DNA of 63,901 bases, counting the filler, from Neoconidiobolus thromboides FSU 785 (taxonomy: Eukaryota; Fungi; Entomophthoromycota), in NCBI GenBank assembly GCA_025603075.1. It is 8 parts of 8 records of this genome, joined end to end, with 100 filler letters (N's around TTAATTAATTAA, not from the genome) between each part and the next. Parts side by side here need not be neighbours in the genome. Positions count along the whole stretch, not along the records: positions 24,661 to 46,559 come from MU626538.1; positions 46,660 to 51,147 come from MU626780.1; positions 51,248 to 56,166 come from MU626771.1; 5 more parts are not named here. The stretch is one strand, 5' to 3'. The position numbers were made by a program, and so were the translations under genes. This document shows, piece after piece, positions 39,944-53,477 of this stretch; within the stretch, counting starts at the first letter, position 1, and each line of letters starts with the position of its first letter. The notes under the pieces were generated by a model, which saw only the letters and a program-made list of their open reading frames with translations, made no database searches and had not been told where the DNA came from.

Positions 39944-41127
39944 TTACAGATATCTCTCTAATGTTTCAGCGTCTAGCTCAACAACCAATCTTTCAGAAGA
40001 ATCTATTTCAGTAGAGTCCGTATAGGCTAACCCCCCTTCGGGTACTACATCTTGTCTGGCATTACCTCCAAACCTCGATCTAATACCTCTAGATACATCT
40101 TGCCAAACTTTTTTTAATGCATGTTGTACCGAAGGATCCAATAAGAAAGTTATTAAGTTAACGGTTCCCTTAGTTGTAATTCCTATCATTCCCCATAATG
40201 ATATCCCAATATTTCTTTTACCTCCAGTGATGGCATTATTAATGTATGCAACAACAAATCCAGAAAGACCAAATAAAGCAGCGATAGGGTATAAAGATCT
40301 AAGGAATAAAAATTAGTTTAAACGTACTATATTACACTTAATTCTTACACTCTTATAATAAGTTTTTTAAGTCGTTTAATTAACTTTACTCTATCTCCTA
40401 ATTTGGCAGTGTTTGCTAAATGAGACATTGAGATAACAGTATTTCTATCATCCCTCAACTTCATGATAATAATGAAACTGACAATAAAAAGATAAATAAA
40501 GGTAATGGAATAAATTATTGAAGTATTTAACAAAATAATGGGGTATGAATTTGGGAGGTCCTCTTTTATAAAACAGACTTTACCCTTATTTAAGCCATAT
40601 AAATTCATACCTACATTAAAATTAATATACTATAATCAAAATGAGCAAAAAAAGTACCAAGTGGTATAAAGCTAAGGACTGACGCAGTCAAAATAGGCCC
40701 AAACCAGTAGAAAAGTTCCCATTTCTTTTTAGGAGGGAAGGAGTGGATAAAAACAAGCTGTAAATTAACAGCTATAGCAATGTTTAACAAACAATACATT
40801 TCTTCTCCAAATGCCCTCCAAAAACCAATAAAGACACAAAACGGTCCGGATTTTACAGAATGATGAAACAAAGCAAAAAACGAGTTAAGTAAATCAATTA
40901 CTGAGATGCCGAATTGGAGCTTTAATGACACTCTGTCAATCAATTTAGGCCTGTAAAATCCTGATAAATAGTTGTTAAGTGAATAATGATTGTAAGTATA
41001 AAAACAAAAATATACCAAGGGTAGAAAATATTACGATAACAATTAGTGAACTGGTGGCACTAATACTGTTTAATATGTTTGACACCAATGGAAGGGCAGA
41101 TTGAATTTTAAATTCAACATCACTCAT
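39944..41127 (-). CDS. 7TM GPCR, Git3/cAMP-receptor-like, paralog 1 (4 exons)
   Basis: DRVSLKLQ, FCVFIGFWR, NIAIAVNLQLVF, WELFYW, LYPIA, KGTVNLITFLLDP. Confidence 0.8.
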
Positions 41128-41806
41128 TATTACTATCAGTTCAATCAAAAAACAACAAATGGAACAGCTTATATATTTATGAGTTTGATCTCAGTGCTAA
41201 GGATATGTAATATAATTTTAAGTAATAATCATCTATTACTTTTACCTTATTTTAATATTTGGGGTATTCTTACCGATTCGCTTATTATCTTTATTTAGAT
41301 AAATTCGTTACATCAAACTATGATTATTAATATGGCTTGAAAGCTGGAACACTCATAATGAATAAGCATCATCCTAATTATTACATTTATACATGAGGCG
41401 TGAATGCATGATTCAATTCATATTCTTTATTTCTAAATAGTACAAATACCCAATCTATGTAAATCTAAACTAAGAAACTTTGAGTCAAATCATGTATTGA
41501 GTTGTCGAACTTACCTGTTTATACAACTAATGCTTAAAAAAGCACCTTTATGTCTATTAGGAGAAGTTAAAACCTTGGTGCCAAATTTAGCTGACTTCAT
41601 GTATACTTAAAATCGAAGCTTGATTTTTAAAAAGTATAACTTAATACTGCTTTTAGGCTTAATGCCTCCTGGTTGGCTATGCTATAACAATAGGTTATCT
41701 ATTAGGCTATTATTTTAGTAGTCCAAGGTTTCTACTTGGAATATAAAATATGAAAAAAGGTTCAAATATTAGTAGATGTTTTCTTAGTTCAATCTCAGAA
41801 ACAAAT

Positions 41807-41903
41807 GGGGATGTGTTTTTTTGTTTAAGAATTTTACCAACATCTTTCCACTCAAATAGCGCTTAAGAAATGGAAAAATAATGAAACCAAAAAAAACATC
41901 CCC
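41807..41903 (-). mobile_element. MITE copy, TSD AAAT/AAAT
   Basis: Perfect termini; aaat on both flanks. Confidence 0.85.
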
Positions 41904-42507
41904 AAATGTATAATACCTCTCTCATTCATTTGTAGCTTTTTTACACATAGCAAAGTAACTTCTATAGTTTTGGTTTTGTTCCTATTATTTAAGAATAATT
42001 TATTAGCATATGACCGGGTTTTTATTTGAAAACAATAATAAGTGGTACTCAGTTACATATATATTTCTTTATAAGGCTTTTTAAAAACCAAGAAACTTTA
42101 AAATACTAAAATATTAGCTACTACTTAAAATATCATAACAGTGGCCATAAATGTAAAAACCATTTAGATCTATATACTCATAGTTATCAAATTATTTCAT
42201 GAGTAATCGACTATCTAAAGACCGCTTTTTATGTTTGTGGGTTACATTATAATGCAAAAGTAAAATGCACCTCTATTTATTAATACAGCATTGACATTAG
42301 CCTAGAACAAAATCATGAAATTAAAATAAATTGCATTAGCAGTTATTTAGGTTCAATTACAATATCTTAACATTTCTATCAGATTTTATAAGCATTGTTA
42401 CAACTGTATAATATTTTGATATTATTTCTCATGAAAACAAAAACAACTTGGTATATGCGTTAAAATCGTTTATTAGAAAATAACTTGATATTGATCTCAA
42501 AGTATCC

Positions 42508-43676
42508 TTATAAGTATTTTTTTAGATCAATAGGCTTATTATCATTTCCATCTAGACTTTGTTTTCTGAGAGTAGAGGGATGTCCAGTGTCAGTGCTTAT
42601 GAATGCTCCGTCTTGTTTTGTTGTCAAGTCAAAATCAAACTCTTTTGAATGATCTATAACATCTTTTTTGTTAAAGAGTAATCTATAGGTACTGATAAAG
42701 GCCTCTTGAAAAGTAGTATCAAGGAAGAAGGTAATCATATTAAAGAAGCCTTTAGTGGTAACTCCGACCATGCCCCATATTGATATACCTAGCTTTCTCG
42801 AGCCTCCACTAGCTAAATTTATATAGGACACACAAAATCCAGATAAGCCGAAAATACAAAATATTGGATAAAGGGATCTAAAAAAATCAATATGTAATAG
42901 AAAATAGTAATAATAGTTTACATTCTGAATATCATCTTCTTTAAATTACTTCTGAAGTTTTCATTGACTTCAATATTATCATTGTCGGCGATAAGATCTA
43001 TATCGCTCTTAGCTCTAGCTAGTTTGATATTGACAATAGTTGCAATAACTATAAGGTATAAAAAAGTAATAAAAAATACAAGAGAAGCGTTAACAAAGAC
43101 TAAGACTTTCCCTTCAGGAAGTTGCTCTTTAATAAAGCAAACGTCTCCACCATTGAGACCATATAAACCCATACCTAACCCAGTTTAGATTTTTATTTAT
43201 AAATAAAATGACCAAACTTACCTAAGGGTATAAAACTCAAAATAGCAGCAAGGGTTATAGGGAACCCCCAGTAAAAATACTCCCATTTACGGCTAGGTGT
43301 TTTTTTATGAATAAAAACTAATTGAAGGTTCAATGCAATCATTATATTAAAGAAGCAATATATCTCTTCCCCATAGTTTCTCCAAAACCCAATAAAAATA
43401 CAAAATGGCCCTGACTTAACAGTATGATGAAAGAGTGCAAATGTTGAATTTAAAAAATCAATAGCTGAAATGGCCACTTGAAGGCGTAAGGTGGTACGAT
43501 TTACCAAATCTGGACGGAAAAGTGCTAGTTAAAGTATAAGCTAAAATTACCAACTTTCAAAGTTGCTTACCAGTGATTGTAAATAGGGATAGCACTAGAA
43601 GAGATGATGCTATACTTAATGAGTTGAGCCCATTGGAAATGCTGGGTAGCATTGCTCTGATTTCTTCTTCAGTCAT
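42508..43676 (-). CDS. 7TM GPCR, Git3/cAMP-receptor-like, paralog 2 (4 exons)
   Basis: NRTTLRLQ, FCIFIGFWR, ALNLQLVF, WEYFYW, KGFFNMITFFLD; same intron layout as paralog 1. Confidence 0.8.
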
Positions 43677-44672
43677 TATGATAAAAATTAAAATGAAAAC
43701 AAAATCTAACTTTGAACAAAAAGCCCTTTTTAAATATTTTTGTCATAGAATAATAACTTATAATAGTTTACTATTTTGATGCGAGTTGACAATATCCATA
43801 TTTTTAGGGATGTTCAAAAATGCTATAGTCTATTTAATATAAAGTATAAAACTCTATATATCGAACTATTAAATCACTACAGATACAATTCTCCATAAGG
43901 AAATTCATTTTAAAGAATTTAATTTAAAATTGTAGAACTTTTATGGTGCATAAAGCATAGATAAATAATGAGCCAAAAAGATAGATTCCTATATTTAGAT
44001 ATATTAAGATAAATTGTGGTAAGATATAAAGTTCTCAAAACATAATAAAATTTTCACTAACAAAGATATAAGATATCATTTCTTTTTACCTTTTTTTAAT
44101 ATTTTCACGTTATCAAAATATCGGCATTCTCTATCACTTTTCAGTTTTAGCCAAATTTTATCTTATAAGCCACAGCCAAGTTCACATTATGCTTTTTTGC
44201 AAAAATAGCTCACACAGCTGCTATAATTATGTTACGACTTAACTGATTGTTCATTTTAATAAAATACTGTTAAATCATATGATACTTATAGGCCTTAAGA
44301 AACCAAAAAACAAAAAGTTGATTCTAAGAGTTACCATAAATCAAGTCTCAATAGAGTTGCAGTACTAGCATCTAAACTAAATTCAGCAGTACAAGTTAGG
44401 TTTTTGATGGTTCAAAAGTTCACATTTAATAAAACATTGTTCAAGTATCTCTATATAAACAAAAAACGTTTTTTCTAAATGTAGTAATTTGACAAAGATG
44501 TTAACTTTGCACACTATTAAATAAAGCTCACAAAGTGTATAATTGAGCTTAAATATATAAATAAAAACACATATACTATACAAGTATATATAAAAGCTGA
44601 CTTAGCTGGGGATAATTCTTTCAAACTTCAAAATTTTTACAATAAATACAGACGATTCATCTATCAACATAT

Positions 44673-44769
44673 GGAGATGTATTTTTATGTTTGAGGATTT
44701 TATTAACAATTTTTTTGCTTAAACAGCGCTCAAAAAAGGAAAAGTAATGAAATCAAAAAAAGCATCCCC
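44673..44769 (-). mobile_element. MITE copy, TSD ATAT/ATAT
   Basis: Reverse consensus match. Confidence 0.8.
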
Positions 44770-45581
44770 ATATGGTTTATTGATCTGATGTAACCACAAA
44801 AACTAAATTAAAAGTATGTACTTTATTTATACAATGATATAGTATTTAACCATGAGTATATCTAATTTTATAAAATAAAAATAAGTCTTATTCATTAAAA
44901 AATTTCACCTTTGTATTACTAACTTACTTCAAATACGAGGTTGGGCATTTTCAACTCTGTATTTGTTGGATACAGGAATACAAGCGTTGCAATCAAATTT
45001 AGCGAATTTGAAGTTGAGAATCCCGAGTCTTGTGCTCAAATCGGATCAGTAATACTTGTAAATGAAATTGATATTCTTTAATATCAAATTATTAAAAAGT
45101 GAATAGTACTACATAACCCTTATGATGTTAAAATTTCGGCTTAATGGAGATCATTATAGTATAAGGCCCAAAAAGCAAATTACTCACTAATATTAGCATC
45201 TGCTTAACCAAACGTTATATCCGGTGATTTTACGGACCTTTGAGAAAACAAAAATAAAATCTCTTTTTAATAGTAAATAGTAATCTTAACTTAATATTAA
45301 CCAAGAAAAGAGCTTGAAATGTTCTTATTAGCTTATCAAAGTGCCACCAGTTGCTTAATTAAAAACCATGAAATTTAATTTAAATTAGTATAATATACGA
45401 GTACTATAGGATTAACCGAAAGTGGAGTTCTAAATATATTTAATTTTGGGTCTTTTACTTTTGCTAGCATCTTTAATACACAAGAATAACAAAAGGACTT
45501 TATTTTTTTATCTTAATTTGCCACGGATTGAAGTTTTATAAACTAAAAACAGATTCATTTTCGTATTATTTATTGAAACAA

Positions 45582-46559
45582 ATGAGTTCAAGTGAGGCAG
45601 TTAGCGATCTTCCTTCAATATCTAATGGCTTAAATATACTAAGTATAGTCTCTTCAGTAATTGTGTTGGTGTTTTTTATTATAGCAGGTAACAAACAAGT
45701 TGATATCAGTTTAAACATTAAAATAAGCACTAGTAATATTTGAGCATAAATCAATTAATCGAACCTCACTAAGACTACAAGTTGGAGTTTCAATTGTCAA
45801 TCTATTGAATGCAGCTTTCGCCTTGCAACATCACACAGTAAAAACTGGCAACTTTTGCATCTTTATAGCCTTTTGGCGTAACTTCGGTGAACAGCTTTAT
45901 TGTTTTTTAAACATAGCGATCGCACTCAACTTACAGTTAATTTACATACAGTCCAAAAAGCCTAAACAGTTGTGGGAGCAGTTTTATTGGGGTGTCTCGT
46001 TAACTCTCTCACTTGCTTTAAGTTTTGTGCCATTAAGTAATTTTAATATTTAAAAATATTTACACTTTTATAATTTATAGTTATGGATAGATATGGGCTA
46101 AATAGAGATGGTCTATGTTATATCAATGAACAACTTCAATATTCCAATATATTAATATTTATTGAAGTGCCCTTAGTTTATATGCTAACATTTGTTTATC
46201 TTTTGGTCATTGCTGTAACGGTACATTGTAAATTAGTTAAAGCGCAGATCTATTTGAATTCCTTGGCTTCTAATAACACCTTATCTTCAAATGGGTTTTA
46301 TTCCCCAAGAATCAGAAAGATGTTATTTAGAATGTAGATTTTTTTATATTATAAGAATAACTTACTAACTCTTTTAGTTCTTTATATCCAATTACATGTG
46401 CCTTAGGGCTTTCTGGATTCATTGTAGGTTACTTTATGGTTTCTTTAGGGTACCAAAGATCGAGAGCAATTATTATATGGGGAATGGTAGGTATCACTAC
46501 CAAGGGATTCTTTAGTATGATTACTTTCTTTCTTGATCTTAAAATACAAAAAGCTTCAG
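45582..46559 (+). CDS. 7TM GPCR paralog 3, 3' end in gap
   Basis: LPSISNGLN, NRTSLRLQ, FCIFIAFWR, ALNLQLIY, KGFFSMITFFLD. Confidence 0.8.
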
Positions 46560-46659
46560 NNNNNNNNNNNNNNNNNNNNNNNNNNNNNNNNNNNNNNNNN
46601 NNNTTAATTAATTAANNNNNNNNNNNNNNNNNNNNNNNNNNNNNNNNNNNNNNNNNNNN
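46560..46659. other. Assembly gap with linker
   Basis: N-run with TTAATTAATTAA. Confidence 0.97.
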
Positions 46660-47320
46660 ATGTAAATTAACTGGATATCAAATCATTGTCCCAGATTTCT
46701 TTCGTGGAAAGCCATGGCCTCCACACGAATTGCCAGTTACATAGTAATTATATTATTACTTATTGATTTATCTAATATGTTTATACTAACATTGATTTTA
46801 GTATGCAAGAAATGATTGATTGGGCAACTGTAGAGAATGGCTATGAGAATAGAGTATCAAAAGACTTAACTTTATTAATCAATCACTTTAACAAATCTAC
46901 TCCTAATAATCAATATGCTTTGATCGGATTCTGTTGGGGTGGATTAATGCTATTTGATGCATTGAATAGTAATCAATTTGTAGCTGGTATTGCTGCTCAT
47001 CCTCCTATATTAACAGAACAAAACTTCAAAAATTTAAAGCATCCTATTTTATTAGCTCCTACTAAACAAGAAAAAGATATTGTAAGCTATTTTAATAGTC
47101 AAGTTTATTTTGTTTTTAATCTTCACTCTATTAGATTCCATTTTTTGACTTAATTCCATCAGATGTAAAATCTAAAAGTGAACTTCATGATTTCACTGAT
47201 CAAGTTCATGGGTTTGCAGCAGCAAGAGGTGACTTCCAAAATAACAAAAACTTCAAAAGAGTTAATGATCTCCTTACTGCTAGTCAACATTTTTTAACAA
47301 AACATTTTAAACATCATTAA
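46660..47320 (+). CDS. Dienelactone hydrolase family (AIM2-like) copy 1, 5' end in gap
   Basis: IVPDFFRG, nucleophile motif IGFCWGG, AAHP, QVHGFAAARGD; ends KHFKHH-stop. Confidence 0.9.
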
Positions 47321-48021
47321 TTTTAATATTCAATTTAAAATGAGACATAACTTAATATCAAATTAGTTCCTGTGATGATTTTCATATATATTAATAAAAT
47401 TTTAGAATGAAAAGGTGGTTTATTTATATAAACTTAATTTAGTATTTAAACTATTTTTAGTATTTAATACATTTTTAACGTTATACAAAAACGTCAAATT
47501 AATTTATTAAAAAGTTAAATTTAGAGTATCGAATCAATCTCTGGCATCCACTATATCTATTTGATAGGAAAAATTCAATTTAATTTTACTAAAAAAAATT
47601 AGTTGCTACTAAATTATAATTAATTTTTTTAAGATAAATGCCATTTACACCAATCAATATCAACAATAAAGAAGATTCATATGAATATTAATATATTAGA
47701 AGAAGACTATTGTTGAATTTAATATATATTTTATTCTTTAATTTAATATATTAGGTATAGTTTAATCAATTAGTTAGAATTTTAATAGAACTCAATCAAT
47801 TAGTTAACTAAGAATAAAAGAACAATCAATTTTAATTTTTTTTAAAATATACCAGTAAGATTAAGGAGCTTCTCTAAGTTTGATTTTTTACCAATAGAAA
47901 TTAACTTTAGAATTTAGCCACTTTATTTCTCAAGATTAATTCATCAGCTAAGAAAACACACCATTTTTACTAATTTTATTAATCGTTTCTTTAACATAAA
48001 CTAATATCAAAAATATCTACA

Positions 48022-50747
48022 ATGAAAGGCTTCAATGGCTTTAAAGTTAAAGAGAATAATAATCGTCAACCTAGTAATAGTCAATTACAAAGTTATAAGC
48101 AAAATCATGGCCCAGCAAGTTTAAATTTATCAACCATATCGAATTTCAATTTACCTCAATTAGAAAAAGAAGAGAACCTATTAAGGAAACATCCAGCTTT
48201 AGATTGGAGTGAAAGACAAGTATTGCAATGGTTGAATGATAAAGAGTTAAATGAATTTGAAAACTATTTTATAAGTAAGAATTTGTATTTTTTATAAACT
48301 AAAACAATTCAAATTAAGTTTTATTTTTTATAATTTGTTTATAGAAAACGATATCAATGGAGAAGTGTTATTAGAAATCAATAATGAATACTTAAAAATG
48401 ATGGGTATTATAAAAGTAGGCTCAAGAGTTCGAATATTATCCGCTATTAACTTATTAAAGAGAGAGTATTTAATTAAATTAAAAGATATGGCCAATTATA
48501 AGCAAATTTATTCAGCTCCATTATATCAAACCAATAATAAAACTCAGCCTAAACTATCGCCTATTGGTACATTTAATGCATTACTAAGGAGATCTAGGAG
48601 TAATATTAATAATGATAAAGAAAATACAAATTCTTTGAATTCATTATATTCTATTTATTCCGACCCCTCACCACCCATTTCTCCGGAGATTCAGGTAACC
48701 TTGAGATTGTTTATGTTTTATTTTAGCTAAAATTTCAATTTTTATTATATATCTTAGCCCAGTTTACGTATCTTTGGTTCGGACGGAAAAACAAAAACAG
48801 TAATATTAAGGGATGTTAAAGATCGAGAAAAAATATGGCAAGATATATTAAAATCTTTTGGTGTGGAAGAAGGCACGGAAAAATATGCTATATTTTTAGT
48901 TTCTGGAGAAGCAAGTAAATTTGATATTTAAAATATTTAACAAACTTATAATGAGATAATTTTCAATTTTTATAGCAAGATGTTTAAATTCCCAAGAATT
49001 ATACGAGATATGTCAAGACAATTCCAGAAGTTTGAGAGAAAAATTAATATTAAGAAAAAGACATTTAAATAAACATCATATTTCCTCAAATAATCTTACA
49101 CCCAATAACAATAATAGAAAAGAAATTCAAAATTCACCAACTAGTTCAAAAGCAGTAACAAAACAAAATAAATTAACTAAAATATTTGGTACCCGTCCAC
49201 CAAGCGAATTAATCAGTTCTAATTTAATGCAATTTTTTCCGGATCATAAAACAGAAGGTGTAACTGAGGCTTTATATAATTTACAAAATTCAAGACCCAG
49301 ACCAGTTAAAAACAATATTAATAATATTAGTAATAGTATGATAAATAATAATAACAATGCATCAATGATATATTCCCGAAGAACCAAATTAGAAACATTG
49401 AATGAAGTAACAGTCAGCGGGATAGGTGAAGCGAATGAGGGTATTGAAAACAAGGAATTTAAATGTGATTGGGTTAAAGGACCATGTATTGGTTCAGGCT
49501 CTTTTGGAGATGTTTACTTAGGATTAAATCCAATTAATGGAGAATTAATGGCAGTGAAACAAGTGTTATTACCTGATATTTATAATACTAGTTCCTCTGT
49601 TAAATTATCACAAGTAATTTATTATTATTAATGAATATCTAATAAAATAATTAATCTCTACTATTCTATATAACAGCAAAGGTTAGATGCTTTACAAAGG
49701 GAAATTGAATTATTAAAAGGGTTTAATCATCCTAATATTGTTAGATATTTGGGTAAAATTTTTATTATAATAGCATAATAATACCTAACAAAGATTAATC
49801 CACCATCTTAGGTTCTGAAGTAAAAGATAAGCACTTGAATATTCTCCTCGAATACGTTCCTGGGGGTTCAGTAAGTGGTCAATTAAATGATTATGGTCCA
49901 TTTAAAGAAACCTTAATTCAAGTTTATGTGAAACAAATATTAGTTGGCTTAAGTTTTTTACATTCTCAAAATATCGTACATCGAGATATTAAGGGAGGAA
50001 ATATATTAGTGGATAATAAAGGTATCGTTAAAATTACTGATTTTGGAGTGAGCAAGAAATTGCAAGAAGAAGTATTATCTTCATTAACTAATCAAAGGAC
50101 AAGTTTACAGGGTAAGTGGGGCTATCAAGTTTTATTAAAAATGAAATACTAATCAAATTTTTTTACTTTAGGATCAATTTATTGGTAAAACGATTTGAAT
50201 AAAAGAATTTTTTGATATGGTACTTAAAATTTTATTTAGGATGGCGCCCGAAGTTATTAAACAAACCCATTATACTATTAAGGCAGATATATGGTAATAC
50301 TAATATACAATATACAACAATTAATTAACAATCCTAACTATTAATATAAATAGGGCTTTAGGATGTTTAGTTATTGAAATGTTAACTGGTAAACATCCTT
50401 ATCCTCATTTTAATCAAATGCAAGCTATATTTAAGGTAAGATAATTATTATCTGTTCATTTAAAGGGGAGATTATGGAAGGATAAGGTTAGGCTATTGTA
50501 TCTTATTAATGTTTCTTTTATATAATTTAGATTGGTTGTGATGTTGCACCAGATATACCAGAACATTCATCTAATTTAGTCAAATCTTTTTTACAAAAAA
50601 CATTTATTATGTAAGTTTAATAATAATTCTAATTGATTAGTTTTTAACAATAAATAAATATTGTTTTATATTAGTGACCATGAACAACGACCTACAGCTA
50701 TTGAATTATTAAGTCATCCATTTGTTATGGGTCAAATTAAAGATTAA
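48022..50747 (+). CDS. STE11: MAPKKK STE11/Byr2 (SAM, RA and kinase domains; many introns)
   Basis: [23 protein letters not shown]; [10 protein letters not shown]; [36 protein letters not shown]. Confidence 0.95.
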
Positions 50748-50967
50748 ATAAATTGAAAAAGGATAGTTGGTTGGTTGAGTTTTTTTGATAAAAAACTAAA
50801 GAGATTTATTAAGTTAAATGTTGAAACTTTTTTTACATTGACGGTAAAAGAAACATGGACTTAATAGTGAATTTTTTATATTTGTTTGGTTTTATATTGT
50901 TTTTAATTTAATAAAAAGAGGGGGGAAATAAAATTAAAATAAATTCATTTTAAATTGAATATTAAAA

Positions 50968-51147
50968 TTAATAATGTTTAAAATGTTTTGTTAAAAAATG
51001 TTGACTAGCAGTAAGGAGATCATTAACTCTTTTAAAGATTTCACGATCTTGAAAGTCACCTCTTGCTGCTGCAAACCCATGAACTTGATCAGTGAAATCA
51101 TGAAGTTCACTTTTAGATTTTACATCTGATGGAATTAAGTCAAAAAA
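50968..51147 (-). CDS. Dienelactone hydrolase copy 2 (last exon only; rest in gap)
   Basis: Near-identical inverted copy of ~47140-47320 except GDFQDREIFK vs GDFQNNKNFK. Confidence 0.85.
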   Translation of the reverse strand, partial: FFDLIPSDVKSKSELHDFTDQVHGFAAARGDFQDREIFKRVNDLLTASQHFLTKHFKHY

Positions 51148-51247
51148 NNNNNNNNNNNNNNNNNNNNNNNNNNNNNNNNNNNNNNNNNNNNTTAATTAAT
51201 TAANNNNNNNNNNNNNNNNNNNNNNNNNNNNNNNNNNNNNNNNNNNN
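51148..51247. other. Assembly gap with linker
   Basis: N-run with TTAATTAATTAA. Confidence 0.97.
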
Positions 51248-51450
51248 AGAAAGTCGTTTCCGCTAAAGACATCTGAAGGCCCAACAACATCGAGTAAGTT
51301 GAAGTTGGGATAGATTATTAAGCCTACTTTATATTTTAAGAGTCTTGGAAAGTAGGGATCGATGATGTTTTTGAACCGTTTTTGTTTACATAAAATGTAG
51401 TTGAAGTTGAGTAATAAGAAAATGAATGTGATAAAATAATTTTGTTGCAT
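51248..51450 (-). CDS. Secreted DJ-1/PfpI (isocyanide-hydratase-like) copy 1, truncated by gap
   Basis: Signal peptide, then YKVGLIIYPNFNLLDVVGPSDVF. Confidence 0.8.
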
Positions 51451-51672
51451 ATTTGTATGTTTGATTCCTTTAATTGTAATAAAGCTTAATTTTTGTTATT
51501 TTATATAGTCCTTATGTACTATTCCAAGTGGAGGCTTCTTAATAGATTCCTCATTTAGATTCAGTGGATTTAATATAAATCTTAATTAACTTTTAGTGGA
51601 ATTTTAATAAATTCGTAGCTATTTTTAACTATTGATATCGCCCACTATTATTTTATGCTAAACTAAATAATT

Positions 51673-51764
51673 GGGGATGTATTTCTTTGTTTACTAGCAA
51701 TTTTTCCACTCAAATAGTGTTTAAAAAAATGGGAAAAAGTGATAAGGTCAAAAAAATATCCTTC
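51673..51764 (-). mobile_element. MITE copy, TSD AATT/AACT
   Basis: Reverse consensus match. Confidence 0.75.
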
Positions 51765-52211
51765 AACTGTTGCTTGTTTAAGTATCATTAGAGCTAAATT
51801 CTTTATAGAAAGTATTTGTGTTAGATACTGGCTGTATTACTTTCTAGTTTATAAGCAAAAGTCAATAAGTTATATTCTGTATAAATTAGTTTGAAAAATA
51901 GTTATGAAATTTGCCATGTAAATGTTCATATTAAATTTAAAATGATTTTAAAAAATTAGCTTCAAGTTTGAAAAAAACTAGTGGAATAAAATAGTAGAAG
52001 AAAAGCTTATGCTCAAATAATCATTGAAAATCATTATAAAAAATGAAAATACATCCTAACTTATAAAGTTTAGTAAAGACTATTAATTTGTCATCATTCT
52101 TCCTTTAATCAGTTATTTTATTATTTCATCAAGAAAATATATCAATACAAATCCAACTTGTATATTTTGAAGCTATTATATATGACTATTAAATTGTTCA
52201 ACTTTATATAT

Positions 52212-52310
52212 GGGGATGTGTTTTTGTGTTTAAGAATTTTACTACCAATTTTTCCGCTCAAATAGTGCTTAAAAGATGGAAAAAGCAATGAAGCAAAAAA
52301 AAGCACCCTC
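52212..52310 (-). mobile_element. MITE copy, TSD ATAT/ATAT
   Basis: Reverse consensus match. Confidence 0.85.
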
Positions 52311-53113
52311 ATATGTTGGCTTTGCTATTAATCATGGATGCTGTTTGCTATAAAAAAAATAATTTCTAAAACTTTTAATTAATTCGTAATTATCTATTAA
52401 AATAATATATTAGTTTATTAAGTTGATGTTATTAATAATCAAATCAATTATTATACCTCATTATACTAATTAACTAAAATAAAGATAAAAATAAAGATGA
52501 CATTATATACTTATATTTTTGTTTTGATTCACACCATTAATTTTAATTTTAATTATTTCGAAAGATGTTAATGCTTCTAACATTGTTGTTATCAAACGTT
52601 AGTATTTACTATATAAAGAATGATAATCAAAGATTAAGTAAATACTTGTTCATATAAAAAATCATTTCTGATAATGGAGGATATAATAGCTAAGACTTCC
52701 TAAAAGAAAGTATGATGGTGAAAGACATCTTTTTTTCTGGCTTAGATCCAACAATTGATTTCATTTTATTACTTAGTTTCGGGGTTTCGGCAAAACAGAT
52801 TTTTTGAACAGAAATCCCAGCGTTATTATTTCACCTATCAATTTATAAAACTACAAAAATATAAAAATAGATTTATTGTTACAATACTGGTTTTTAAATA
52901 GCTAAGAGGGTGTATCGATGATATAAATTTATAATAAACCTTCTTGAAAAGTAAGATATAAACACTTGACTTTACAGAGAAACATAGGCTAACATGGAAC
53001 CCAGCTTGTCGTTTTTCAATATTTTGAAGTTTCTTGTTTATTTCTAAAACCAAAAATTTATTTCACTTCAAAATAAACGATAACATATCAAAAAGAATAC
53101 ATATTTAAAATAT

Positions 53114-53204
53114 GGGGATGTATTTTTAAGAATTTTACTACAATCTTTTCATTTAAATAGCGCTTAAAAGATGAAAAAATAATGAAACTAAAAAAAACAG
53201 CACC
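53114..53204 (-). mobile_element. MITE copy, TSD ATAT/ATAT
   Basis: Reverse consensus match. Confidence 0.8.
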
Positions 53205-53477
53205 ATATATATTATATTCTACTTTTATTATGAGCTTTATGTATAATATTATAAATTGAACATCTGACTTTATTAATATTAGTAACATACTGTTAGTATT
53301 TCTGAGCTATCCTACAACATTTAAACAAACACTAGTTGTGAAATCTAAATGCTAAAATAAACAAAAAGCATAACTTGAAATCTAAAAATAGATTGAAAAT
53401 ACATTGAAAGCTACATTGAAAACAGAACAATAAAAAAATATAAAAAGGAGGCCTGATATTCCTAAAGGGATACAAAA

